Below, piece after piece: positions 21,064 through 39,846 of a stretch of 64,000 nt of DNA (its first letter is position 1; each line of letters begins with the position of its first letter). Under the pieces are notes generated by a model. The model searched no databases. It worked only from the letters and a program-made list of their open reading frames with translations, and was not told the DNA's origin. The DNA lies in sequence record NC_054915.1. The stretch is one strand, 5' to 3'. This stretch comes from Escherichia phage vB_EcoM_G8. The position numbers were made by a program, and so were the translations under genes.

Positions 21064-22060
21064 TTCAAGTGTTATCTATCGTGCGATAGTTACTTCAAAA
21101 TTTAGAACAGAAAAAATGTTGAATTTTTATAATTCAATTGGAAGTGGTCCGGATAAAAACACTATCTTTATCACATTTGGAAGATCAGAACCGTGGTCAT
21201 CAAATGAAAATGAGGCGGGCTTTGCCCCGCCTTATCCCACTGATTCTGTATTAGGTGTAACTGACATGTGGACGCATATGATGGGAACAGTAAAAGTTCT
21301 TCCATCAATGCTTGATGCAGTTATTCCTCGTAGAGATTGGGGAGATACTCGATATCCTGATCCATACACATTTAGAATTAATGACATTGTAGTGTGTAAC
21401 TCAGCTCCTTACAACGCTACTGAATCAGGCGCAGGCTGGTTAGTATATCGTTGTTTAGATGTTCCTGATACCGGAATGTGTTCAATCGCATCTTTAACTG
21501 ATAAGGATGAATGCCTTAAATTGGGTGGAAAATGGACTCCTTCTGCTAGGTCAATGACTCCTCCTGAAGGTCGAGGAGATGCTGAAGGAACAATTGAACC
21601 TGGGGACGGGTATGTGTGGGAATATCTATTTGAGATTCCGCCTGATGTATCTATAAATAGATGCACGAATGAATATATCGTGGTTCCTTGGCCTGAGGAA
21701 TTAAAAGAAGACCCGACTAGATGGGGGTATGAAGATAATCTCACTTGGCAACAAGATGATTTTGGATTAATTTACCGTGTTAAGGCAAATACTATCCGTT
21801 TTAAAGCATATTTAGATTCAGTTTATTTTCCTGAAGCTGCATTGCCAGGAAATAAAGGATTTAGACAAATATCAATAATCACGAATCCTCTTGAAGCTAA
21901 AGCTCATCCAAATGACCCAAACGTTAAAGCTGAAAAGGATTATTATGATCCGGAAGATTTAATGAGGCATTCGGGCGAAATGATTTATATGGAAAATAGG
22001 CCACCTATTATCATGGCAATGGATCAAACAGAAGAAATCAATATTCTGTTTACATTTTAA
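21056..22060 (+). CDS. 8: baseplate wedge protein gp8
   Basis: 334 aa; size and order. Confidence 0.9.
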   Translation: MNDSSVIYRAIVTSKFRTEKMLNFYNSIGSGPDKNTIFITFGRSEPWSSNENEAGFAPPYPTDSVLGVTDMWTHMMGTVKVLPSMLDAVIPRRDWGDTRYPDPYTFRINDIVVCNSAPYNATESGAGWLVYRCLDVPDTGMCSIASLTDKDECLKLGGKWTPSARSMTPPEGRGDAEGTIEPGDGYVWEYLFEIPPDVSINRCTNEYIVVPWPEELKEDPTRWGYEDNLTWQQDDFGLIYRVKANTIRFKAYLDSVYFPEAALPGNKGFRQISIITNPLEAKAHPNDPNVKAEKDYYDPEDLMRHSGEMIYMENRPPIIMAMDQTEEINILFTF

Positions 22061-22065
22061 ATTAA

Positions 22066-22090
22066 GGGAGCCCATGGGCTCCCTTTTTCT
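22066..22090 (+). terminator. rho-independent terminator after gene 8
   Basis: GGGAGCC-CATG-GGCTCCC hairpin followed by TTTTTCTTT. Confidence 0.7.
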
Positions 22091-22091
22091 T

Positions 22092-22099
22092 TATAAATA
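22092..22099 (+). promoter_or_regulatory. late promoter TATAAATA upstream of gene 9
   Basis: Exact TATAAATA about 25 nt upstream of the gene 9 ATG. Confidence 0.55.
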
Positions 22100-22123
22100 C
22101 TATAAACTCATAAGGAAACCGCT

Positions 22124-22990
22124 ATGTTCATTCAAGAACCAAAGAAATTGATTGATACCGGCGAAATTGGTAACGCTTCTACTGGTGATATCTTATTCGA
22201 CGGTGGTAATAAAATTAATAGTGATTTTAACGCAATTTATAATGCGTTTGGCGATCAGCGTAAAATGGCAGTAGCAAATGGCACTGGAGCAGATGGTCAA
22301 ATTATCCATGCTACTGGATATTATCAAAAACACACTATCGCAGAGTACGCAACTCCAGTGAAAGTTGGCACTAGACATGATATTGATACCTCTACTGTAG
22401 GTGTTAAAGTTATCATTGAAAGAGGCGAACTCGGCGATTGTGTTGAATTCATTAACTCTAATGGATCAATATCAGTTACTAATCCTTTGACAATTCAAGC
22501 TATTGATTCAATTAAAGGTGTTTCAGGTAATTTAGTAGTAACTAGCCCATATAGTAAAGTAACTTTACGCTGTATTTCATCTGATAATTCTACTTCGGTT
22601 TGGAATTATTCTATTGAAAGCATGTTTGGACAAAGGGAATCACCAGCTGAAGGTACATGGAATATTTCTACATCCGGATCAGTCGATATTCCATTATTTC
22701 ATCGTACTGAATACAATATGGCTAAATTGCTAGTTACGTGCCAATCGGTAGATGGAAGAAAAATTAAAACAGCAGAAATAAATATTCTTGTGGATACTGT
22801 TAATTCAGAGGTCATTTCTTCTGAATATGCTGTCATGCGAGTTGGGAATGAAACCGAAGAAGACGAAATCGCTAATATTGCATTTAGTATTAAAGAAAAC
22901 TATGTAACGGCGACTATAAGTTCTTCAACTGTCGGTATGAGAGCAGCAGTTAAAGTTATCGCTACGCAGAAAATCGGGGTGGCTCAATAA
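22124..22990 (+). CDS. 9: baseplate wedge / long tail fiber socket protein gp9
   Basis: 288 aa; size and order. Confidence 0.9.
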   Translation: MFIQEPKKLIDTGEIGNASTGDILFDGGNKINSDFNAIYNAFGDQRKMAVANGTGADGQIIHATGYYQKHTIAEYATPVKVGTRHDIDTSTVGVKVIIERGELGDCVEFINSNGSISVTNPLTIQAIDSIKGVSGNLVVTSPYSKVTLRCISSDNSTSVWNYSIESMFGQRESPAEGTWNISTSGSVDIPLFHRTEYNMAKLLVTCQSVDGRKIKTAEINILVDTVNSEVISSEYAVMRVGNETEEDEIANIAFSIKENYVTATISSSTVGMRAAVKVIATQKIGVAQ

Positions 22991-24798
22991 TGAAACAAAA
23001 TATTAATATCGGTAATGTTGTAGATGATGGTACCGGTGACTACCTGCGTAAAGGTGGTATAAAAATAAATGAAAACTTTGATGAGCTTTATTATGAACTC
23101 GGTGATGGTGATGTTCCATATTCAGCCGGTGCCTGGAAAACTTATAATGCTTCATCAGGACAAACATTAACAGCAGAATGGGGAAAATCATACGCTATTA
23201 ATACATCTTCTGGAAGAGTGACTATAAATCTTCCAAAGGGTACAGTTAATGATTACAACAAGGTAATTAGAGCTAGAGACGTATTTGCTACATGGAACGT
23301 CAACCCAGTTACACTAGTAGCTGCTTCCGGTGATACGATTAAAGGGTCTGCAGTACCAGTTGAAATTAATGTTCAATTCAGCGATTTAGAACTAGTGTAT
23401 TGTGCCCCAGGACGTTGGGAATATGTCAAAAATAAACAAATTGACAAAATTACCAGTTCAGACATTAGTAATGTAGCTCGTAAAGAATTTTTAGTCGAAG
23501 TCCAAGGACAAACGGACTTTTTAGATGTTTTCCGTGGAACTAGTTATAATGTAAATAACATCAGAGTAAAACATCGCGGTAACGAATTGTATTACGGTGA
23601 TGTGTTTAGCGAAAACAGCGATTTTGGCTCTCCGGGCGAAAATGAAGGAGAACTAGTTCCTCTTGATGGATTTAATATTCGATTAAGACAGCCTTGTAAT
23701 ATTGGTGACACTGTTCAAATTGAAACATTTATGGATGGTGTATCGCAGTGGAGAAGTTCATATACAAGACGTCAAATTAGATTGTTAGATTCAAAATTAA
23801 CGTCAAAAACTTCTTTAGAAGGAAGCATTTACGTTACTGATTTATCAACAATGAAATCAATTCCATTTTCTGCTTTTGGATTAATTCCAGGAGAACCTAT
23901 TAATCCTAACTCTCTTGAGGTTCGTTTTAACGGAATTTTGCAGGAATTGGCTGGCACAGTTGGAATGCCATTATTTCATTGTATTGGTGCCGATTCAGAC
24001 GATGAAGTAGAATGCTCTGTTTTAGGTGGAACTTGGGAACAATCTCATACCGATTATTCAGTTGAAACTGATGAAAATGGCATACCGGAAATTTTACATT
24101 TTGATAGAGTATTTGAGCATGGTGACATTATCAATATCACCTGGTTTAATAATGATTTGGGTACATTATTGACAAAAGATGAGATTATTGATGAAACTGA
24201 TAATCTCTATGTATCGCAAGGACCGGGAGTAGATATTTCTGGTGATGTAAATTTAACAGACTTCGATAAAATTGGTTGGCCAAATGTAGAAGCAGTTCAA
24301 TCTTATCAACGCGAATTTAATGCTGTTTCAAATATCTTTGATACGATTTATCCTATTGGAACTATATATGAAAACGCTGTTAATCCAAACAACCCTGTTA
24401 CATATATGGGATTCGGCTCATGGAAATTATTTGGGCAAGGAAAAGTTTTAGTTGGATGGAATGAAGATATTTCGGACCCTAACTTTGCTCTAAATAACAA
24501 CGATTTAGATTCGGGTGGAAGTCCTTCGCATACTGCAGGTGGAACAGGTGGTTCTACTTCGGTTACATTGGAAAATGCTAATCTTCCTGCAACTGAAACA
24601 GATGAAGAAGTTCTAATAGTTGATGAAAATGGATCAGTCATTGTTGGTGGGTGTCAATACGATCCAGATGAATCCGGTCCAATTTACACTAAATACCGTG
24701 AAGCTAAAGCATCTACTAACTCTACTCACACTCCGCCAACATCAATAACTAACATTCAACCATATATTACAGTTTATCGTTGGATAAGGATTGCATAA
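22990..24798 (+). CDS. 10: baseplate wedge protein gp10
   Basis: 602 aa; size and order. Confidence 0.9.
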   Translation: MKQNINIGNVVDDGTGDYLRKGGIKINENFDELYYELGDGDVPYSAGAWKTYNASSGQTLTAEWGKSYAINTSSGRVTINLPKGTVNDYNKVIRARDVFATWNVNPVTLVAASGDTIKGSAVPVEINVQFSDLELVYCAPGRWEYVKNKQIDKITSSDISNVARKEFLVEVQGQTDFLDVFRGTSYNVNNIRVKHRGNELYYGDVFSENSDFGSPGENEGELVPLDGFNIRLRQPCNIGDTVQIETFMDGVSQWRSSYTRRQIRLLDSKLTSKTSLEGSIYVTDLSTMKSIPFSAFGLIPGEPINPNSLEVRFNGILQELAGTVGMPLFHCIGADSDDEVECSVLGGTWEQSHTDYSVETDENGIPEILHFDRVFEHGDIINITWFNNDLGTLLTKDEIIDETDNLYVSQGPGVDISGDVNLTDFDKIGWPNVEAVQSYQREFNAVSNIFDTIYPIGTIYENAVNPNNPVTYMGFGSWKLFGQGKVLVGWNEDISDPNFALNNNDLDSGGSPSHTAGGTGGSTSVTLENANLPATETDEEVLIVDENGSVIVGGCQYDPDESGPIYTKYREAKASTNSTHTPPTSITNIQPYITVYRWIRIA

Positions 24799-25457
24799 TG
24801 AGTTTACTTAATAATAAAGCGGGAGTTATTTCCCGCTTAGCTGATTTTCTTGGTTTTAGACCTAAAGCTGGTAATATAGATGTAATGAATCGTCAATCAG
24901 TTGGGTCAGTGACAATTTCTCAATTAGCGAAAGGATTTTATGAACCAAACGTAGAATCAGCTATTAATGACGTTCATAATTTTTCTATAAAAGACGTTGG
25001 TACAATTATTACTAATAAAACTGGTGTTTCTCCTGAGGGTGTTTCTCAAACTGATTATTGGGCATTTTCTGGAACTGTAACAGACGATTCTCTTCCTCCT
25101 GGTTCTCCTGTTACGGTATTAGTATTTGGTCTTCCAGTTTCAGCAACAACTGGAATGACGGCGATTGAGTTTGTTGCAAAAGTTCGTGTTGCCCTTCAAG
25201 AAGCTATTGCGTCATTTACTGCTATCAACTCATATAAAGACCATCCAACAGATGGTAGTAAATTAGAAGTTACTTATTTAGATAATCAAAAACATGTATT
25301 AAGCACATATTCTACATATGGAATAACTATTTCGCAGGAAATTATTTCTGAGTCTAAACCTGGCTATGGTACATGGAATTTATTGGGCGCACAAACGGTA
25401 ACTTTAGATAATCAGCAGACTCCTACAGTATTTTATCATTTTGAGAGAACAGCATGA
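24798..25457 (+). CDS. 11: baseplate wedge / short tail fiber connector gp11
   Basis: 219 aa from ATG overlapping the gene 10 stop (TAATG); the ORF-track start at 24780 is an upstream extension. Confidence 0.85.
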   Translation: MSLLNNKAGVISRLADFLGFRPKAGNIDVMNRQSVGSVTISQLAKGFYEPNVESAINDVHNFSIKDVGTIITNKTGVSPEGVSQTDYWAFSGTVTDDSLPPGSPVTVLVFGLPVSATTGMTAIEFVAKVRVALQEAIASFTAINSYKDHPTDGSKLEVTYLDNQKHVLSTYSTYGITISQEIISESKPGYGTWNLLGAQTVTLDNQQTPTVFYHFERTA

Positions 25458-27037
25458 GTAATAATACATATCAACACGTTTCTAATGAATCTCGTTATGT
25501 AAAATTTGATCCTACCGATACGAATTTTCCACCAGAGATTACTGATGTTCAGGCTGCTATAGCAGCCATTTCTCCTGCTGGCGTAAATGGAGTTCCTGAT
25601 GCATCGTCAACAACAAAGGGAATTTTATTTCTTGCCACTGAACAGGAAGTTATAGATGGAACTAATAATACCAAAGCAGTTACACCAGCAACGTTGGCAA
25701 CAAGATTATCATATCCAAACGCAACTGAAACTGTTTACGGATTAACAAGATATTCAACCAATGATGAAGCCATTGCCGGAGTTAATAACGAATCTTCTAT
25801 AACTCCAGCTAAATTTACTGTTGCTCTTAATAATGCGTTTGAAACACGAGTTTCAACTGAATCCTCGAATGGTGTTATTAAAATTTCATCTCTACCGCAA
25901 GCATTAGCTGGTGCAGATGATACTACTGCAATGACTCCATTAAAAACACAGCAGTTAGCTATTAAATTAATTGCGCAAATTGCTCCTTCTGAAACCACAG
26001 CTACCGAATCGGACCAAGGCGTTGTTCAATTAGCAACAGTAGCGCAGGTTCGTCAGGGAACTTTAAGAGAAGGCTATGCAATTTCTCCTTATACGTTTAT
26101 GAATTCATCTGCTACTGAAGAATATAAAGGCGTAATTAAATTAGGAACACAATCAGAAGTTAACTCGAATAATGCTTCTGTTGCGGTTACTGGCGCAACT
26201 CTTAATGGTCGTGGTTCTACAACGTCAATGAGAGGCGTAGTTAAATTAACAACAACGGCCGGTTCACAAAGCGGAGGCGATGCTTCATCAGCACTAGCTT
26301 GGAATGCTGACGTTATCCACCAAAGAGGCGGTCAAACTATTAATGGAACACTCCGCATTAATAACACGCTCACGATAGCTTCAGGTGGAGCAAATATTAC
26401 CGGAACAGTTAACATGACCGGTGGTTATATTCAAGGTAAGCGTGTCGTAACACAAAATGAAATTGATAGAACTATTCCTGTCGGAGCTATTATGATGTGG
26501 GCCGCTGATAGTCTTCCTAGTGATGCTTGGCGTTTTTGTCACGGTGGAACTGTTTCAGCGTCAGATTGTCCATTATATGCTTCTAGAATTGGAACAAGAT
26601 ACGGCGGAAGCTCATCAAATCCTGGATTGCCTGACATGCGTGGTCTTTTTGTTCGTGGCTCTGGTCGTGGCTCTCACTTAACAAATCCAAATGTTAATGG
26701 TAATGACCAATTTGGTAAACCTAGATTAGGTGTAGGTTGTACTGGTGGATATGTCGGTGAAGTACAAAAACAGCAGATGTCTTATCATAAACATGCTGGT
26801 GGATTTGGTGAGCATGATGATTCTGGGGCATTCGGTAATACCCGTAGATCAAATTTTGTTGGTACACGTAAAGGACTTGACTGGGATAACCGTTCATACT
26901 TCACCAATGACGGATATGAAATTGACCCAGAATCGCAGCGTAATTCCAAATATACATTAAATCGTCCTGAATTAATTGGAAATGAAACACGTCCATGGAA
27001 CATTTCTTTAAACTACATAATTAAGGTAAAAGAATGA
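25454..27037 (+). CDS. 12: short tail fiber protein gp12
   Basis: 527 aa; Gly/Thr/Ala-rich fibrous repeats. Confidence 0.9.
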   Translation: MSNNTYQHVSNESRYVKFDPTDTNFPPEITDVQAAIAAISPAGVNGVPDASSTTKGILFLATEQEVIDGTNNTKAVTPATLATRLSYPNATETVYGLTRYSTNDEAIAGVNNESSITPAKFTVALNNAFETRVSTESSNGVIKISSLPQALAGADDTTAMTPLKTQQLAIKLIAQIAPSETTATESDQGVVQLATVAQVRQGTLREGYAISPYTFMNSSATEEYKGVIKLGTQSEVNSNNASVAVTGATLNGRGSTTSMRGVVKLTTTAGSQSGGDASSALAWNADVIHQRGGQTINGTLRINNTLTIASGGANITGTVNMTGGYIQGKRVVTQNEIDRTIPVGAIMMWAADSLPSDAWRFCHGGTVSASDCPLYASRIGTRYGGSSSNPGLPDMRGLFVRGSGRGSHLTNPNVNGNDQFGKPRLGVGCTGGYVGEVQKQQMSYHKHAGGFGEHDDSGAFGNTRRSNFVGTRKGLDWDNRSYFTNDGYEIDPESQRNSKYTLNRPELIGNETRPWNISLNYIIKVKE

Positions 27038-28497
27038 CAGATATTGTACTGAATGACTTACCATTCGTTGACGGCCCTCCTGCAAAGGGCCAGAGCCGCA
27101 TTTCCTGGATTAAAAACGGCGAAGAAATATTAGGAGCTGACACGCAGTATGGAAGCGAAGGTTCAATGAATAGACCTACAGTTTCTGTACTAAGAAATGT
27201 CGAAGTTCTCGATAAAAACATTGGAATACTTAAAACATCTTTAGAAACCGCAAATAGTGATATTAAAACAATTCAGGGCATCTTAGATGTATCTGGTGAT
27301 ATTGAAGCTTTAGCCCAAATAGGTATCAATAAAAAGGATATTTCTGACCTCAAAACGCTAACCAGTGAACATACAGAAATATTAAATGGAACTAATAGTA
27401 CGGTTGACAGTATTCTTGCTGATATTGGTCCATTTAACTCTGAGGCCAACTCTGTATACAGAACAATCAGAAATGATTTACTGTGGATAAAGCGTGAACT
27501 TGGACAATACACTGGTCAAGATATTAATGGTCTTCCTGTTGTAGGAAATCCTAGTAGTGGAATGAAGCATCGCATTATTAATAATACTGATGCCATTACT
27601 TCACAGGGAATACGTTTAAGCGAATTAGAAACAAAATTTATTGAATCTGATGTAGGTTCTTTGACTATTGAAGTTGGTAATCTTCGTGAAGAGCTTGGAC
27701 CGAAACCACCATCATTTTCACAAAACGTTTATAGTCGTTTAAATGAAATTGACACTAAACAGACAACAGTTGAGTCTGACATTAGTGCTATTAAGACCTC
27801 AATAGGATATCCAGGAAATAATTCGATTATCACGAGTGTTAATACAAACACTGATAATATTGCATCTATTAATTTAGAGCTAAATCAAAGTGGAGGTATT
27901 AAACAACGTTTAACCGTTATTGAAACTTCTATTGGTTCAGACGATATTCCTTCGAGTATTAAAGGTCAAATCAAAGATAATACAACTTCAATCGAATCTC
28001 TGAATGGAATCGTCGGTGAAAACACTTCATCTGGTTTAAGAGCGAATGTTTCATGGTTAAACCAAATTGTTGGAACTGATTCTAGCGGTGGACAACCTTC
28101 TCCTCCTGGGTCTCTTTTAAACCGAGTTTCTACAATTGAAACTTCTGTTTCAGGCTTGAATAACGATGTTCAAAACCTACAAGTAGAGATTGGGAATAAC
28201 AGCACAGGAATTAAAGGGCAAGTTGTAGCGTTAAATACTTTAGTAAATGGAACTAATCCAAACGGTTCAACAGTCGAAGAACGTGGATTAACCAATTCAA
28301 TAAAAGCTAACGAAACTAACATTGCATCAGTTACACAAGAAGTGAATACAGCTAAAGGCAATATATCTTCTTTACAAGGCGATGTTCAAGCTCTCCAAGA
28401 AGCCGGTTATATTCCTGAAGCGCCAAGAGATGGGCAAGCTTACGTTCGTAAAGACGGCGAATGGGTATTGCTTTCTACCTTTTTATCACCAGCATAA
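27034..28497 (+). CDS. wac: fibritin (whisker antigen control)
   Basis: 487 aa; heptad-rich; C-terminal foldon-like [27 protein letters not shown]. Confidence 0.92.
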   Translation: MTDIVLNDLPFVDGPPAKGQSRISWIKNGEEILGADTQYGSEGSMNRPTVSVLRNVEVLDKNIGILKTSLETANSDIKTIQGILDVSGDIEALAQIGINKKDISDLKTLTSEHTEILNGTNSTVDSILADIGPFNSEANSVYRTIRNDLLWIKRELGQYTGQDINGLPVVGNPSSGMKHRIINNTDAITSQGIRLSELETKFIESDVGSLTIEVGNLREELGPKPPSFSQNVYSRLNEIDTKQTTVESDISAIKTSIGYPGNNSIITSVNTNTDNIASINLELNQSGGIKQRLTVIETSIGSDDIPSSIKGQIKDNTTSIESLNGIVGENTSSGLRANVSWLNQIVGTDSSGGQPSPPGSLLNRVSTIETSVSGLNNDVQNLQVEIGNNSTGIKGQVVALNTLVNGTNPNGSTVEERGLTNSIKANETNIASVTQEVNTAKGNISSLQGDVQALQEAGYIPEAPRDGQAYVRKDGEWVLLSTFLSPA

Positions 28498-28528
28498 CAT
28501 GGGGCCGCAAGGCCCCAAAGGATTTTAA

Positions 28529-30230
<1,702 letters not shown>

Positions 30231-30271
30231 TAAATATTATAAACTAATTAAAGCCCAGATTAGGAGAAATC

Positions 30272-33412
<3,141 letters not shown>

Positions 33413-33440
33413 TATTAAAGCATATTAAAGAGGATTAAAA

Positions 33441-35420
33441 ATGACTTTATTATCTCCGGGCATTGAGCTCAAAGAAACTACGGTTCAAAGCACCGTGGTT
33501 AATAACTCTACTGGTACAGCAGCTTTGGCCGGTAAATTCCAGTGGGGTCCTGCTTTTCAGATTAAACAGGTTACAAACGAAGTAGATTTAGTTAATACTT
33601 TTGGTCAACCAACCGCTGAAACTGCTGACTATTTTATGTCTGCGATGAATTTCTTGCAGTACGGAAATGACTTACGAGTAGTTCGTGCTGTCGATAGAGA
33701 TACCGCTAAAAACTCATCTCCGATTGCCGGTAATATTGAATACACTATTTCTACCCCAGGTAGTAACTACGCGGTTGGAGATAAAATCACTGTCAAATAT
33801 GTTTCAGATGATATTGAAACTGAAGGTAAAATTACTGAAGTAGACGCAGATGGAAAAATTAAGAAAATTAATATTCCTACTGCAAAAATTATCGCTAAAG
33901 CGAAAGAAGTCGGTGAATATCCAACACTAGGTTCTAACTGGACTGCAGAAATTTCTTCCTCTTCCTCTGGTTTAGCTGCAGTAATAACTCTTGGAAAAAT
34001 TATTACTGATTCTGGTATTTTATTAGCTGAAATTGAAAATGCTGAAGCTGCTATGACAGCTGTTGACTTTCAAGCAAGTCTCGAAAAATATGGAATTCCA
34101 GGAGTAGTAGCTCTTTATCCAGGCGAATTAGGCGATAAAATTGAAATTGAAATCGTATCTAAAGCTGACTACGCAAAAGGAGCTTCTGCATTACTCCCAA
34201 TTTATCCGGGCGGTGGTACTCGTGCATCTACTGCTAAAGCAGTGTTTGGATATGGACCGCAAACTGATTCGCAGTACGCTATTATAGTTCGTCGTAATGA
34301 TGCTATTGTTCAAAGCGTTGTTCTTTCAACTAAGCGTGGTGAAAAAGATATTTACGATAGTAACATCTATATCGATGACTTTTTCGCAAAAGGCGGCTCA
34401 GAATATATTTTCGCAACTGCACAAAACTGGCCAGAAGGCTTCTCTGGAATTTTAACTCTGTCTGGTGGATTATCATCAAATGCTGAAGTAACAGCAGGAG
34501 ATTTGATGGAAGCTTGGGACTTCTTTGCTGACCGTGAATCTGTTGACGTTCAACTGTTTATTGCGGGTTCTTGTGCCGGTGAATCTTTAGAAACAGCATC
34601 TACTGTCCAAAAACACGTCGTTTCAATCGGGGATGCTCGCCAAGATTGCTTAGTATTGTGCTCTCCTCCGCGTGAAACTGTAGTTGGAATTCCTGTAACT
34701 CGTGCAGTAGATAATTTAGTTAACTGGAGAACTGCAGCAGGTTCATACACTGATAATAACTTTAATATCAGTTCAACCTACGCAGCAATCGACGGCAACT
34801 ACAAATATCAGTATGACAAATATAATGATGTGAATCGTTGGGTTCCATTAGCAGCTGATATTGCTGGTTTATGCGCAAGAACTGATAACGTATCTCAGAC
34901 TTGGATGTCTCCAGCTGGTTATAATCGTGGTCAGATTCTTAACGTTATTAAACTGGCTATTGAAACTCGCCAGGCTCAGCGCGACCGTTTATACCAAGAA
35001 GCTATCAACCCAGTAACTGGTACAGGTGGTGATGGTTACGTATTGTATGGTGATAAAACAGCTACTTCTGTTCCTTCTCCATTTGATCGTATTAACGTTC
35101 GTCGTCTGTTTAATATGTTGAAAACGAATATCGGACGTAGTTCAAAATATCGTTTGTTCGAATTAAACAACGCGTTTACTCGTTCATCATTCCGCACAGA
35201 AACTGCCCAGTACTTACAGGGAATTAAAGCTCTCGGTGGAATTTATGAATATCGTGTAGTTTGCGATACAACAAATAACACTCCGTCAGTAATTGATAGA
35301 AATGAGTTTGTTGCAACATTCTACATCCAACCTGCACGCAGTATAAATTATATCCAACTTAACTTCGTTGCGACTGCTACTGGTGCAGATTTCGATGAGT
35401 TGACTGGTCTTGCAGGTTAA
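33441..35420 (+). CDS. 18: tail sheath protein gp18
   Basis: 659 aa; size and order. Confidence 0.92.
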   Translation: MTLLSPGIELKETTVQSTVVNNSTGTAALAGKFQWGPAFQIKQVTNEVDLVNTFGQPTAETADYFMSAMNFLQYGNDLRVVRAVDRDTAKNSSPIAGNIEYTISTPGSNYAVGDKITVKYVSDDIETEGKITEVDADGKIKKINIPTAKIIAKAKEVGEYPTLGSNWTAEISSSSSGLAAVITLGKIITDSGILLAEIENAEAAMTAVDFQASLEKYGIPGVVALYPGELGDKIEIEIVSKADYAKGASALLPIYPGGGTRASTAKAVFGYGPQTDSQYAIIVRRNDAIVQSVVLSTKRGEKDIYDSNIYIDDFFAKGGSEYIFATAQNWPEGFSGILTLSGGLSSNAEVTAGDLMEAWDFFADRESVDVQLFIAGSCAGESLETASTVQKHVVSIGDARQDCLVLCSPPRETVVGIPVTRAVDNLVNWRTAAGSYTDNNFNISSTYAAIDGNYKYQYDKYNDVNRWVPLAADIAGLCARTDNVSQTWMSPAGYNRGQILNVIKLAIETRQAQRDRLYQEAINPVTGTGGDGYVLYGDKTATSVPSPFDRINVRRLFNMLKTNIGRSSKYRLFELNNAFTRSSFRTETAQYLQGIKALGGIYEYRVVCDTTNNTPSVIDRNEFVATFYIQPARSINYIQLNFVATATGADFDELTGLAG

Positions 35421-35514
35421 TACGGTGCATTCTAAAGGCCTGTTTCGGCAGGCCATATAAATACACTATATCCTTAATTCTTTAATTCTATATGCCCTAG
35501 GTTAAACATAGGGA

Positions 35515-35522
35515 TATAAATA
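35515..35522 (+). promoter_or_regulatory. late promoter TATAAATA upstream of gene 19
   Basis: Exact TATAAATA about 15 nt upstream of the gene 19 ATG. Confidence 0.55.
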
Positions 35523-35536
35523 CTACAGAGGCTAAT

Positions 35537-36028
35537 ATGTTTGTAGATGATGTAACACGCGCGTTTGAATCGGGTGATTTTGCGCGACCTAACTTATTCC
35601 AAGTAGAAATTTCTTATCTTGGACAAAATTTTACGTTTCAATGTAAAGCCACTGCTTTACCAGCTGGTATTGTAGAAAAAATTCCAGTCGGATTTATGAA
35701 CCGTAAAATTAACGTAGCAGGCGATCGTACATTCGATGACTGGACCGTTACAGTAATGAACGATGAGGCACATGATGCTCGCCAGAAGTTCGTTGATTGG
35801 CAAAGCATTGCTGCGGGGCAAGGAAACGAAATTACTGGTGGAAAACCTGCAGAGTATAAAAAGAGCGCTATCGTTCGTCAATATGCTCGTGACGCTAAAA
35901 CAGTAACAAAAGAAATTGAAATTAAAGGTCTGTGGCCTACTAACGTGGGTGAACTTCAATTAGATTGGGATTCAAACAATGAAATCCAAACCTTTGAAGT
36001 AACTCTTGCTCTCGATTATTGGGAATAA
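35537..36028 (+). CDS. 19: tail tube protein gp19
   Basis: 163 aa; follows the sheath gene. Confidence 0.92.
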   Translation: MFVDDVTRAFESGDFARPNLFQVEISYLGQNFTFQCKATALPAGIVEKIPVGFMNRKINVAGDRTFDDWTVTVMNDEAHDARQKFVDWQSIAAGQGNEITGGKPAEYKKSAIVRQYARDAKTVTKEIEIKGLWPTNVGELQLDWDSNNEIQTFEVTLALDYWE

Positions 36029-36060
36029 AATGAATGGGGAGAAATCCCCATCCTGCTTAA

Positions 36061-37685
<1,625 letters not shown>

Positions 37686-37686
<1 letters not shown>

Positions 37687-37925
37687 TGGAAGGTTTAATT
37701 GAAGCTATTAAATCAAACGACCTCGTAGCCGCTCGTAAATTATTTGCTGAAGCCATGGCTGCAAGAACGATTGATTTAATTAAAGAAGAAAAAATCGCTA
37801 TCGCTCGTAATTTCTTAATCGAAGGTGAAGAACCTGAAGACGAGGATGATGACGAAGACGAAGATAGTGATGATAAAGACGACAAAAAAGACGAAGACTC
37901 TGACGAAGACGAGGATGATGAATAA
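37686..37925 (+). CDS. 67: prohead core protein gp67 with poly-acidic C-terminus
   Basis: 79 aa; Asp/Glu-rich tail; position between 20 and 68. Confidence 0.85.
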
Positions 37926-38350
37926 TGCTTCTGATCCCTGAAACTCATGAATTAGTTCTCGAGAATGTCGAAGCACTTATTCCTGAAGCACAGGGTCGCT
38001 TTGACGAATTGTCTTCTGCTTTAAATAAAGACGATATAAATACAATTGTCGAGAATATGCTTGATGATGAAACTGATTTAGCGGTTGCATTAGCTTCTAT
38101 TAATGAAAATATGCCGTTAAATGAATTCATCGTTAAACATGTTTCTGCCCGTGGTGAAATTACTCGCACTAAAGATCGCAAAACCCGCGAACGTAATGCA
38201 TTTCAAACTACCGGGTTGTCTAAAGCAAAACGTAGACAAATTGCTCGTAAAGCTACCAAAACGAAGATTGCCAATCCAGCAGGTCAATCTCGTGCTCAGC
38301 GTAAGCGTAAAAAAGCTCTTAAACGCCGTAAAGCATTAGGATTAAGCTAA
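37925..38350 (+). CDS. 68: prohead core protein gp68
   Basis: 141 aa; basic C-terminus; order 67-68-21. Confidence 0.85.
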
Positions 38351-38988
38351 TGAATGAACCCCAATTACTAATTGAAACTTGGGGTCAACCTGGCGAAATT
38401 ATTGATGGCGTACCAATGCTTGAATCTCATGATGGAAAAGACTTAGGTTTAAAACCTGGTTTATACATCGAAGGAATATTCATGCAAGCGGAAGTCGTCA
38501 ATAGAAATAAACGTCTTTATCCAAAACGTATATTAGAAAAAGCGGTAAAAGACTATATTAATGAGCAAGTTTTAACTAAACAAGCTCTCGGAGAATTAAA
38601 TCATCCTCCACGCGCTAATGTTGACCCGATGCAAGCCGCTATCATTATAGAAGATATGTGGTGGAAAGGAAATGACGTATACGGACGAGCTCGTGTTATT
38701 GAAGGTGACCACGGTCCTGGAGATAAATTAGCAGCTAATATTCGTGCCGGATGGATTCCAGGAGTTTCTTCTCGTGGATTAGGTTCATTGACTGACACAA
38801 ATAAAGGTTATCGTATCGTAAACGAAGGATTCAAATTAACTGTAGGTGTTGATGCAGTATGGGGTCCAAGTGCTCCAGATGCATGGGTAACTCCTAAGGA
38901 AATTACCGAATCACAGACGGCGGAAGCCGATACAAGTGCCGATGACGCCTATATGGCTCTCGCAGAGGCCATGAAAAAAGCGTTATAA
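38350..38988 (+). CDS. 21: prohead core protease gp21
   Basis: 212 aa; size and order. Confidence 0.9.
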   Translation: MNEPQLLIETWGQPGEIIDGVPMLESHDGKDLGLKPGLYIEGIFMQAEVVNRNKRLYPKRILEKAVKDYINEQVLTKQALGELNHPPRANVDPMQAAIIIEDMWWKGNDVYGRARVIEGDHGPGDKLAANIRAGWIPGVSSRGLGSLTDTNKGYRIVNEGFKLTVGVDAVWGPSAPDAWVTPKEITESQTAEADTSADDAYMALAEAMKKAL

Positions 38989-38991
38989 ATA
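38984..38991 (+). promoter_or_regulatory. late promoter TATAAATA upstream of gene 22
   Basis: Exact TATAAATA overlapping the gene 21 stop, about 28 nt upstream of gene 22. Confidence 0.5.
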
Positions 38992-39018
38992 TTATTATCT
39001 AAACAACAGGACTACAAA

Positions 39019-39828
39019 ATGCTTAAAGAACAACTGATTGCTGAAGCGCAGAAAATTGATGCTTCCGTTGCTCTTGATAGTATTTTCGAATCAGTTAATA
39101 TTTCTCCGGAAGCAAAAGAAACTTTCGGCACTGTATTCGAAGCTACCGTCAAGCAGCACGCCGTTAAATTAGCTGAATCTCATATCGCTAAAATTGCTGA
39201 AAAAGCAGAAGAAGAAGTAGAAAAAAATAAAGAAGAAGCAGAAGAAAAAGCTGAGAAGAAAATCGCTGAGCAAGCTTCTAAATTCCTTGACCATCTTGCA
39301 AAAGAATGGCTCACTGAAAATAAATTAGCAGTAGATAAAGGCATCAAAGCCGAACTGTTTGAATCCATGCTTGGTGGATTGAAAGAGCTCTTCGTTGAAC
39401 ACAACGTTGTTGTTCCAGAAGAATCAGTTGATGTTGTAGCTGAAATGGAAGAAGAACTGCAAGAACATAAAGAAGAATCAGCTCGTCTGTTCGAAGAACT
39501 CAATAAGCGTGACGCATATATCAATTATGTGCAGCGTGAAGTGGCATTGAGCGAAAGTACTAAAGATCTGACTGAGTCTCAAAAAGAAAAAGTCTCTGCT
39601 CTGGTCGAAGGTATGGATTATTCAGATGCATTCTCAAGTAAATTGAGTGCAATCGTAGAAATGGTGAAGAAATCTAATAAAGATGAAAGCACTATTACTG
39701 AGAGTATAAATACTCCTGATACTGAAGCAGCCGGACTAAATTTCGTCACTGAAGCTGTAGAAGATAAAGCTGCACAGGGTGCAGAAGATATTGTAAGTGT
39801 ATATGCGAAAGTCGCATCTCGTTTCTAA
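39019..39828 (+). CDS. 22: prohead core scaffold protein gp22
   Basis: 269 aa, highly charged coiled-coil; size and order. Confidence 0.9.
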   Translation: MLKEQLIAEAQKIDASVALDSIFESVNISPEAKETFGTVFEATVKQHAVKLAESHIAKIAEKAEEEVEKNKEEAEEKAEKKIAEQASKFLDHLAKEWLTENKLAVDKGIKAELFESMLGGLKELFVEHNVVVPEESVDVVAEMEEELQEHKEESARLFEELNKRDAYINYVQREVALSESTKDLTESQKEKVSALVEGMDYSDAFSSKLSAIVEMVKKSNKDESTITESINTPDTEAAGLNFVTEAVEDKAAQGAEDIVSVYAKVASRF

Positions 39829-39846
39829 TTTTAAAGGTTAACACAA

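Noticed and set aside
39180-39524. 114-aa Ser-rich minus-strand ORF inside gene 22
   Set aside because: Antisense of the Glu/Lys-rich scaffold gene; compositional artefact.
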